Below, piece by piece: positions 8,784-17,100 of a stretch of DNA of 64,000 nt (its first letter is position 1; every line of letters begins with the position of its first letter). The translations under genes and the position numbers were made by a program. The DNA comes from a virus, in IMG/VR virus record IMGVR_UViG_3300036939_000074; one strand, 5' to 3'. The notes beneath the pieces were generated by a model. That model was not told the DNA's origin, did no database searches, and saw only the letters and a program-made list of their open reading frames with translations.

Positions 8784-9191
8784 TCAGGCAGGTGGGTTAT
8801 AGATTGGGTCGATTAGCATTAAGGGGTGGCCGTATGGAACAAATTCACCATCGTCAACCATAATTTCTATGATGCGCCCTGAAACATCGGCTTCAATTTC
8901 GTACATCAAATCAATTTCGCCAATGGTTTGGCCTTTACGGACGCTATCGCCAAGTCTTACATATGGCTCATTTGGATCGGGATAGCGGTAGAACTTCCCA
9001 GCCATGGGAGCCTTAATTTCTACGCAATTAGAGTTTGGGGTCGGAGTTGCTATCTTGTCTTTAGGGCTACTTTTCGTCTCAGATTTTCGCACCGTTAGTT
9101 CAATATCAGCCGTTTTTAAGGTGAACTCCTTAACATCGGCTTGTACGAGCAGAGTGAGTAATTCGCTTATTTGCCTAAAATCTAATGTCAC
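8784..9191 (-). CDS. AccB/BCCP (biotin carboxyl carrier) homolog lacking the biotinylation lysine
   Basis: Cyanobacterial AccB-type N-term (LDFRQISELL...ELTVRK) and biotinyl domain (APMAGKFYR-P...GQTI...EIEADVSG...YGHPL), but GEID-LMYEIEA where EAMKLMNEIEA is canonical. Confidence 0.85.
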   Translation of the reverse strand: MTLDFRQISELLTLLVQADVKEFTLKTADIELTVRKSETKSSPKDKIATPTPNSNCVEIKAPMAGKFYRYPDPNEPYVRLGDSVRKGQTIGEIDLMYEIEADVSGRIIEIMVDDGEFVPYGHPLMLIDPIYNPPA

Positions 9192-9204
9192 AACTAAATC
9201 CTTC

Positions 9205-9801
9205 TTAAGCAGGGGTGTAGTAGGTGAGGAGCATTGGGGGAGTGTGGCCTAGAGTGTTTAAAGTCCGGAAGAAAGCGATCGCTTTCTTGAGTTCGTCTGT
9301 GGATAAAGTCCAGGGGTGGGGGAATGTGGGATCTTCTCCTAAGAGCGAACGATAGTAGTAACTAGCCCGTCTAGCTGCAAGCATATATCGCTGTAGACGA
9401 GTGCCATTTTCAGAAGTGGTGGCGCTATCAGTAGAGCGAAGCATTGTTTTTTGAGCTAATTCGGCTTTGAGATTGAAGCTATCTCTGAGCGCTTCAAATC
9501 GCTTAATCTTTTTTAATAAAGAACACTCAGCTTTCAACAAGGGAGCGATTTCTTCCATTTTTTGCTTAGTCCTCTCTAGCGGAGGAAGCGGATCTTCTAG
9601 CTGAGATAAGATGTCTCCTAACTTGGCTTGGGCTTCGTCGTAGTCGGTTGTTCCGTAAATTATTTGGTTTGAGGATGCAAATTCATCATCTTCCCACTCG
9701 GAGCGGCTATCGTGTAAATTGTCTGCCGCCATCCCGATCCAATCCGAGATGAGAGAAATTTGGTAGGTATCCAGTTCGAGCGTAATTTTGTATTTTTTCA
9801 T
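9205..9801 (-). CDS. Hypothetical protein
   Basis: ORF, likely start MKKY at 9801. Confidence 0.55.
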   Translation of the reverse strand: MKKYKITLELDTYQISLISDWIGMAADNLHDSRSEWEDDEFASSNQIIYGTTDYDEAQAKLGDILSQLEDPLPPLERTKQKMEEIAPLLKAECSLLKKIKRFEALRDSFNLKAELAQKTMLRSTDSATTSENGTRLQRYMLAARRASYYYRSLLGEDPTFPHPWTLSTDELKKAIAFFRTLNTLGHTPPMLLTYYTPA

Positions 9802-9877
9802 ATATCTGCGTCGGTCTATGTGGCGGTTACCGAGATGCCACCAGTTGCTCGTTAAAGCCCTTGGTGGCAACGGCATC

Positions 9878-10231
9878 CTATTTAGTTACGGCTCTGTGAT
9901 GTAAGAGCACCGAAGGGGTTTCCCCTTCTAACTGCATGTAACAGTTGTTCTTGTCCCTCATCAAGGAGATGAGGGCGTTGAGACTAGCAGTGCCAGAGGC
10001 AAGGCGAGGGAAGTTCTCGCTAGCCACAGCTCGACTCGCATCAGTTAAAATTGCATTAATGCGAGTTCGGTTCCCGTAACTCAAGCAGATTTCAGTTTTG
10101 CGATCGCCGTCTCCCTGAGTCTCTTGACGGGGAATCACAGAAAGACGCGATCGCAAAAACTGGAACATCTCTGCTGGAACCTCGATGTTTGCCGAGGTTC
10201 CGTTGTTTTTAACCATCGTGATTGTTGGCAT
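9878..10231 (-). CDS. Hypothetical protein
   Basis: 117-aa ORF with AGGAG upstream. Confidence 0.6.
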   Translation of the reverse strand: MPTITMVKNNGTSANIEVPAEMFQFLRSRLSVIPRQETQGDGDRKTEICLSYGNRTRINAILTDASRAVASENFPRLASGTASLNALISLMRDKNNCYMQLEGETPSVLLHHRAVTK

Positions 10232-10332
10232 CTAGTCTCCTTTTGTACCCCGGTCTCTTTTTTACCGGGACGCCTGGGGGAGAAGCCCAGGACGGCACCT
10301 TTTGTTTAAGTTCCGTGGTGTCAGGACTTAGA

Positions 10333-10653
10333 TTAGAGAATGGATGTGCAGAATTGTGTTGAGTGGTTGAATAACTCGTAGCAGTAGGAAGCTTCAGCTG
10401 AATTGAATGTGCCATGGATTAGGCCAGCCGCTTCTAAAAGACGCAGGATATCCCAGGTGAGGAAAGCCCATCCGGTGAAGGCAAGAGCTAGAGCTCCCGT
10501 GATGAGTGCAATAGCTAGAGCGAGGATAAGAAACAGGATGGGGGTGGATGCTGCAATCAGTGTGAGGCTGAGTAGAGCTAGCATCGCAGTCCGTGCAAAT
10601 TCTAGAAGACCTGCTCTTGCCGCGATAAATTCTTTGTTTGTTAAGAAGTTCAT
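10333..10653 (-). CDS. Small membrane protein
   Basis: Long hydrophobic stretch; likely start MNFL. Confidence 0.55.
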   Translation of the reverse strand: MNFLTNKEFIAARAGLLEFARTAMLALLSLTLIAASTPILFLILALAIALITGALALAFTGWAFLTWDILRLLEAAGLIHGTFNSAEASYCYELFNHSTQFCTSIL

Positions 10654-10724
10654 GGTAAGAAATTGTGGGGTGATGGTTGATGAGGAGTTTGAGCAGAAAG
10701 CTTTCTGCCTTCTGCTCAAGAGAA

Positions 10725-11312
10725 TTAGCTTTTCTTTTCAGCGTTGGCTTTGTCATAAGCGCTACCACGCTTTTGGCCATCGGTTTCAAATTCCTGCTCG
10801 GTGATGCCAAATTTAGCTAAGAGCTTTTTGGCTTCGTCCAAGTTGTTGGAGGTGAATTTAGCTGCGAAAGCTGCTAATTTGGTGGTCTGAGCAGACTTGT
10901 CACCACTGTTGTCAGATGACTTACTATCGGACGACTTGGCTTGTTGCTTGCCGCCAAATCCACCTTTAGCTGTGGCGAGTCCTGTCCCCTCAAACGCTTG
11001 AGCTAGGTTCTCATCCTTGGTTTTACGCAAGAAGGCGCTGTTACGTTCTAGAGAAGTGATGGCATTTTCGATGGCTCGCAACTCTGAGTTGCTCGCTTCC
11101 CGCAGTAGGTCGCATAGGGACTTCGGGCTAGCGGCTAATCCGTTGAGTAGGTTAGCAGCGATTTGAGCTTGGGCAGCGGCGTCGATTAGCTGACCCAATG
11201 CCTGACGGCGTTTGTAATCTTTGTAGAGGCTGATGCCTGAGAAGTAAGCGTTGGCCATTAAGGCGGTAGCAAGGCCAAACGCAATAAAGTGGATGAAAAA
11301 TTCGGTAGTCAT
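10725..11312 (-). CDS. N-terminally anchored hypothetical protein
   Basis: Hydrophobic N-term helix, helical/low-complexity body. Confidence 0.6.
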   Translation of the reverse strand: MTTEFFIHFIAFGLATALMANAYFSGISLYKDYKRRQALGQLIDAAAQAQIAANLLNGLAASPKSLCDLLREASNSELRAIENAITSLERNSAFLRKTKDENLAQAFEGTGLATAKGGFGGKQQAKSSDSKSSDNSGDKSAQTTKLAAFAAKFTSNNLDEAKKLLAKFGITEQEFETDGQKRGSAYDKANAEKKS

Positions 11313-11450
11313 TTTTTTTAAAAGGTTGTTAGAAGTGTGTTGACTTACTCAATTTCAGTTTCGATAAAGTCAGCGCTTCGCTTGATATGGGTATTGTTCA
11401 TGGGTGCTTTGTTGTCCCATCATTTATGTGAAGAATAAGCGGGGCACTGA

Positions 11451-11726
11451 TTACTCAAATTCAGCCTGGATAGGCTCAAGATAAGGAGAGATAAGATTGT
11501 AGGTAAAAGCTAATAAAAAGCTGGTGAGAGCGCCGCCGAAAAGACCTGTAAAAAGGAAGGTCATCAGATATTTCAGTAAAAATGCGGCGAAGATTTCGAG
11601 GGTAAAACCGAGATTTGCGATGGTGGTTATCGCGGCGATGGGGAGGGCTAGCCAGAATAAGAAAGTATTTAAAGCAATACCGTACCTAGCTGCCGAAAGA
11701 CAGTTAAAGGATTTGATATTTTTCAT
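11451..11726 (-). CDS. Two-helix membrane protein, family B copy 1
   Basis: MKNIKSF-C...YG-A-NTF...YN-LS-YLEPIQAE shared by three genes. Confidence 0.8.
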   Translation of the reverse strand: MKNIKSFNCLSAARYGIALNTFLFWLALPIAAITTIANLGFTLEIFAAFLLKYLMTFLFTGLFGGALTSFLLAFTYNLISPYLEPIQAEFE

Positions 11727-11881
11727 CGTTGCAATGTTTAGAACTGGAGCGCGAAGAAAGAGCTGTGTTACTATAAAATCAAGCTTCTCTTACAGAGAGT
11801 AAGTTGTTGATACACCCTGATGACTGGAGGTGGAGGCGTAGCCGCTCCACCTCTTTTGTTTAGTCAGGGAAAGAGAGAAGA

Positions 11882-12181
11882 TTAGGAAAGAAGTGTTTCT
11901 TCGGTCTCTTCAAGTTCAGCCTGAATCGGCTCAAGATAAGGAGAAAGAAAGTTGTAGGTCAGGCCAAACAGGAAGCCTTCAAGAGCGCCACCGAAGATAC
12001 CCGAAAACATGAAGGTCAGCGAGTATTGCAGTAAGAATGCATTGAAGCTTGCCGCATCATGGTTAAGGCTATTGAAAGCGATGATAGCAGCAAAGGGAAA
12101 GGCCAAAATCAGGAAGAAGGTATTTAAAGCAATACCGTACTTGGCTGTTGAAATACAGTCGAACGATTTGATATTTTTCAT
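11882..12181 (-). CDS. Two-helix membrane protein, family B copy 2
   Basis: Paralog of 11451 and 13528. Confidence 0.8.
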   Translation of the reverse strand: MKNIKSFDCISTAKYGIALNTFFLILAFPFAAIIAFNSLNHDAASFNAFLLQYSLTFMFSGIFGGALEGFLFGLTYNFLSPYLEPIQAELEETEETLLS

Positions 12182-12244
12182 GGTTGCAATATTTAAAAGT
12201 TGTTAAAAAGCTGTATGAAGTGGAGCTTTTTTGTTTATACCTTA

Positions 12245-12273
12245 ATTATACATTAGTTCTACTAATGTGACAA
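12245..12273 (-). promoter_or_regulatory. sigma70-like promoter with palindromic spacer
   Basis: TTGTCA-cattagtagaactaatg-TATAAT. Confidence 0.7.
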
Positions 12274-12299
12274 TACAATTGTCATGTTATTTCTAATAT

Positions 12300-13346
12300 T
12301 TACTCCAGAAACTTAGAAATTTGAGTGTCTATAACCTTATTGATATCCCCAGTGTTTAATTTACTTAATCTATCTTTGATGCGGTTGATTTTTTCAAGGG
12401 TCAGCTCAAGCCCTGACTTGACTTTTTTTTCAGCTTTGGCTTGAGTTTTCTTGGCTTTTGGTTTTTTCTTATCTGAATAAACTAATTTTTGACTTTGGGG
12501 TGCCTTTAAAACTTTGGGGATTTTCCCCGTATTCTCTGTAATGGTCTCCGGCTTTTTCGGTGGTTTTTTATCCGAACCGGGGGCGGTTAAGGTTGCCGGG
12601 ACTTTGGTACCAGTGGCATAGTCGATGTCTTCTTGGGTTTGCTTCAGGAGCCGGGAGATTTCATCACTAGAGTCTTCATTAGCCTCTAGTCGTGCGACTT
12701 GATAATCAGCAACAGCGGTAGCAATTCTTTCGGCTACTTTTTTCAGTCCCTCGTACTGGCCTTTGAGAAAACTTTTCTCTTCGGTAACAGCTGTTCGGGC
12801 TGTCTCTTTACCTTTATCAACAATGTCGCTGACATCCTTGATATCCTCCCCGGTGTCTTTCTCAGCCAGAAACTCTAAGGTGGAGAGCATCGCTCCGCTA
12901 ACCAGGGCAGCGCTATCTTCGAGAAGTTCTTTGCCGTTTTGGACGATTTGAGAAATTCTCTGACTCGGAGGGGTCTTGTCGTCCAATTTCCCAACTAGAT
13001 CGGAATTTTTGAAGGCTTTATCTAACTTACTGAGGACTTCCGATTCACTCTTGGTGACAGCTGCCGTTAGCTCTTCTTCTATGCGTGATTTTAGGGCTTT
13101 TCCTTCCGGAGTATCAGCCTTGACAGCCTTGACGGCTTCTAAAACCTTGCTGTAATCAGAGGATGAAGTAGCTGCCGGGGTGGTTCCGCCACCTCCAGGC
13201 GATGCAAATTGTCCACCGGGTCCACGATTAACCGTGACTGTGCGCCCGTCCACTTCGTGCGTAGTTTCAAAGCTGCCAGCCGCTTGGACTTTAATAGCTA
13301 GAGCCAGGGCGTCGGCTTCGACTTGAATAATGTGAACGTTGGGCAT
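12300..13346 (-). CDS. Leader-family protein 1 (charged coiled-coil C-terminus)
   Basis: N-term ADALALAIKVQAAGSFETTHEVDGRTVTVNRGPGGQFASP shared with 36812 and 43751. Confidence 0.75.
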   Translation of the reverse strand: MPNVHIIQVEADALALAIKVQAAGSFETTHEVDGRTVTVNRGPGGQFASPGGGGTTPAATSSSDYSKVLEAVKAVKADTPEGKALKSRIEEELTAAVTKSESEVLSKLDKAFKNSDLVGKLDDKTPPSQRISQIVQNGKELLEDSAALVSGAMLSTLEFLAEKDTGEDIKDVSDIVDKGKETARTAVTEEKSFLKGQYEGLKKVAERIATAVADYQVARLEANEDSSDEISRLLKQTQEDIDYATGTKVPATLTAPGSDKKPPKKPETITENTGKIPKVLKAPQSQKLVYSDKKKPKAKKTQAKAEKKVKSGLELTLEKINRIKDRLSKLNTGDINKVIDTQISKFLE

Positions 13347-13376
13347 ATTTCTACCTGCGTGAGAGTCTCACAGATG

Positions 13377-13391
13377 GCGCACTAAGTGCGC
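13377..13391. repeat. Dispersed palindrome GCGCACTAAGTGCGC, copy 3
   Basis: Exact match, about 31 bp upstream of the 13346 start. Confidence 0.9.
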
Positions 13392-13527
13392 GCTTCAAAA
13401 ATAATACCCTAAATAAAAGCGGGTCAGAGTCAGTGCCTTAACTTGATAGGGGTAGGTTTTATGGGTTGTAGGTATTATCCCATCGTTGTGTTAAGCATAA
13501 GTCGAGGCACTGATTGATGAATCTTTG

Positions 13528-13803
13528 TTACTCAAATTCAGCCTGAATCGGCTCAAGGTAAGTAGAAAGAAAGTTGTAAGTAAAACCGAACAAATAGCCC
13601 TGAAGAGCGCCACCGATAATACCGGCGAAAAGATAGGTTTCCAAATAGTTCAGCAAAAATGCAAGGATGGTGTCGGATGTAAAACCGAGATTGCTAATCG
13701 TGATAATGGCTCCAATAGGGAAGGCCAAAGCCAGGAGGAAGGTATTGAAAGCCATACCGTACTTTGCTGCTAAACGGCAGTCAAAGGATTTAATATTTTT
13801 CAT
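13528..13803 (-). CDS. Two-helix membrane protein, family B copy 3
   Basis: Paralog; start MKNIK at 13803. Confidence 0.8.
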   Translation of the reverse strand: MKNIKSFDCRLAAKYGMAFNTFLLALAFPIGAIITISNLGFTSDTILAFLLNYLETYLFAGIIGGALQGYLFGFTYNFLSTYLEPIQAEFE

Positions 13804-13872
13804 GGTTGCAATGCTTGAAAATGAGGGGGTTGTTAAAAGCGGGTGAAGCAAGTTTTTTTGTTCAATACCTTG

Positions 13873-13901
13873 ATTGTACATTAGTTTTTCTAATGTGACA
13901 A
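13873..13901 (-). promoter_or_regulatory. sigma70-like promoter with palindromic spacer
   Basis: TTGTCA-cattagaaaaactaatg-TACAAT. Confidence 0.7.
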
Positions 13902-14045
13902 GTTGTTTTTATTTCATTGGAGAAACAACGCTAAGATGAAATCAAGTTCTCCTGTCCGGGAACTTCGCTTATATGCACCCTGGTAATGAGAGGTGAGGCC
14001 ACGCATCCTTCCTCACCTCTTTTATTTTTTTGCTTATTGATCATG

Positions 14046-14071
14046 AAAATGGGAACCATGGTTCCCATTTT
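14046..14071. repeat. Perfect 26-bp palindrome
   Basis: aaaatgggaaccatggttcccatttt; related gggaaccattggttccc at 51402-51418. Confidence 0.85.
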
Positions 14072-14191
14072 TTTGAATTTTTATGCACACAGCGCACAGA
14101 AAGAGAGTGTAGCGTCAATCTTATGACCAATTCGTCAGACAGTATCTGACGAATTGGATGACAACAATTCCGTTAAATGTGGCTTCAACTG

Positions 14192-17100
14192 TCAAGAGAA
14201 AACATCTTCCAAACTGTTCACCACTTCAAGTAGTTGCAATTGAGATTGATGCCAAAGGATGAACCATTCAAAAGTTTTGCTGTGGCTGCACTCCAGGCAT
14301 TGCATTCTCAGAAGTCGCACGGCTTGAGCGAGGAAGATATCCGTAATCCAGGGAGGGGGGGGGAGGGTTTTAATCCACTCAATCACGGTTTCATCAACAC
14401 CTGTGTAGATGGCGGGGGTTGGCGCTTCAACAATGCCCCCTGGTTCCCACGCCTCTTGTTCATCCTCCTTGGAGTCTAACTGGCTTCGCAGCTCTAACTC
14501 TTTGGCGGTTAGGGCGCTGACTTCATCCCCTAGTTTGCTGACTTCGCTGGTGAGGTAGGTAATGCGTTCTGGTAGTAACCGTTGATGTTCTCGTTCAGCA
14601 TCGATCTTCTTGCTTAATCGGTCAACTTCGTACCCGTGACGAACCTCCCGGAGAGTGGTGCGGATGGCGTTGATGAACTTCTCACTAAATACCCAACTCA
14701 GCGAGACGGGATAAAAGATGCGGTAGGTTTGCTCGTTGTGGGTGTACGGAACTCCGGCGAGGTCAAGGCTCTCAATACTCTTACCACTGAAAAAGCTCAC
14801 CACAATGTCTAAGCCCGCAATTTGACCAATTTTTTTATGTTGGCAACGCTTACCGGCTTTGATGATGGCGTTGATTTTCCCCTGGAGGACAATATCCGCC
14901 TCTTGCACTTTGGTGGTGAGGGTTTTGCCGATTTGGATTGAGAAGGTGTCTCCGGTGAGGGAGCCGTGTTCTTTTACGGTTTCTTGGTCTACTTGGCTAG
15001 CTTTGTATTTGGCTTCTAGAACACCCAATACAGAGCCGCAACTCTCTGAGTAGTAGCGGTATTGGGAGAGGCGGGTTTGCTGTTCTTTGAAGGTGTGGTT
15101 TTTTTGCCGCAGCTGGTCTTTAACTTGGGCATATTCCAGCGCTGCTGTATTGCCGCTCATGATGGCGGCGGCCACGAGATAATACGAAGCGTCATCGCCG
15201 ATATCTTGGGTGCGACGGGATTCAAGCTTGCCGCTGGCATACTGGTGAGCCATGGCAGCGCGGTGCCGCACAAGATTGGCTTTCCAAGCGTCGAACCCAG
15301 GCTGATTGCCAGCCCCTAAAGTCCCGTAGTCAAAAGCCCAAACATCGTCGTGGGGGTTCCCCTGTCGGACAACTCGCCCTAATCTCTGCAATGGGGGTGA
15401 CCAATCTAAATCGAGGAGATGAGCGGCGATCGCTCCGCCATACCAAGTGTTTCGGACGCCTTGTGCATTCACACCCGTACCTCCGCGACGTGTCGAAGCG
15501 AGCAGCATCGCGGTTTCACCATTATTCATCTTATCAAACAATTTCTGTTTTGTCTTGGCATCGTACTCGTGGATAAAGGCGACTTCTGTTTCCGGAACTC
15601 CCAATGCAACCATGCAATCTCGGATGTACCGATAAACCGTGAATCGGTTATGAGGTTTGGGTACCCCACTGTTACAAAATATGAATTGAGTCGCCTTAGT
15701 TTCTCGCGTGGCCTGCCATACCCACCACGCATTGTGGATCAAGCGATGTAGCTTCGTATCGCACTCAACAGTTTCCACCTCTTTAACGAGCCGGGGGTCA
15801 ATGGACGCGGCTGAACCCATGCTGGTTAGGGTGAGAGGGTTATGGTTTGTCCAGTTGCCAGTTTTTGGGTGGACGTATTTCGGGGGCCTGCGCTTCTGCC
15901 ATGCTTTCAGCCAGTTTTTGATGTCTTCGTTGATGGCCGCTTGCTCGTCGGATAAGGGGGAGGTGATGGTGTAGCGGTGCAGTTGGGGGCGCTTGATTCC
16001 AACTTTTTCCGGGTCAGGGGCGAAGTCGGTAAAAGTGGCCGCTAAATCTAACATCTCGTCTTGGTTTTTGAAGCCACTGATTCGAGTTTTCTTCTTAATC
16101 CCACCCATACTCGTAAATTCTGGCTGGGTGGAAATTTCCCCAAAGTTACCAATGAAGCTATCGAAGTGGGCGTTACCCGTTTCTTCTATCTCATCAGGGG
16201 CAAAGAGCCTCAATAAGTTGAACATCTCACTAAAACTGACTTCTGGAAATAAGCCCGTTCCACCCCCAATTCTGCCACCGTTTCTCAACGTCCAATTGAA
16301 TTTCAATAGGGAGTTGAGAGAGCGTTGAGTGTCTGTATTGGTAATACCTGAAATGGTTCCGGCAATCTTACTGGGGTAGCGGATGTTCTTCAACATTTGA
16401 AGTTCATCAAAGCAGATGAGGGGCCTTTTTGCAATGTCTTCCCAGTTTAAAGCGATGGAATTGCGGCAATAATGACTAACGGCTTTTTCCAAAGAGCGTT
16501 TTAGGACTTTGATGGTTTTATCGCGCTCTTTTTCTCCCATTAGTTTAACGTATTCGTCGCGAGTTAGTCGTTGCTGTTTAGGCACAAATTTAACTTGCCC
16601 ACTATTACTCACTCGAATTGCCCCTTTATCCAACAAGTCATCCATGACTGGCATCATGGATTGGGGGTCATTCCCCGCGTCTTCAATCGCGCCAATGACT
16701 TCTAGGCGCTCAATTTCTTGGCGCAAGGAGTGGGCGTGAGCAAGCAGGTCTCCGTGGAGTAAAGACTCTTTTGTTGCATCAACTTCTTGCAAGTAACCTT
16801 CAATGACCGACAGTTCTTCAGAGATGTATTGAACCTTCGTCCGCCACCCAATGGGGATGCCATAGAAGGCAGTGTGAGCCAAGATGATGCAGTCATAATT
16901 TCCGGTTTGGCAGCGCCGTAATGTGGCGTTGCGAGTTTGTGCCCCCCCATCTTCGGCAATTAATAGTTTAGCCTTGGGATAAAGGGTTTTAAATTGCCCG
17001 ACAAACTGGGAGACGGTATCGTTGAGGACAGAGATAAATGCCTTGTCAACTAACCCTAATCGCTTGCATTCCATTGCAACGGCACAGTAAACAAAGGTTT

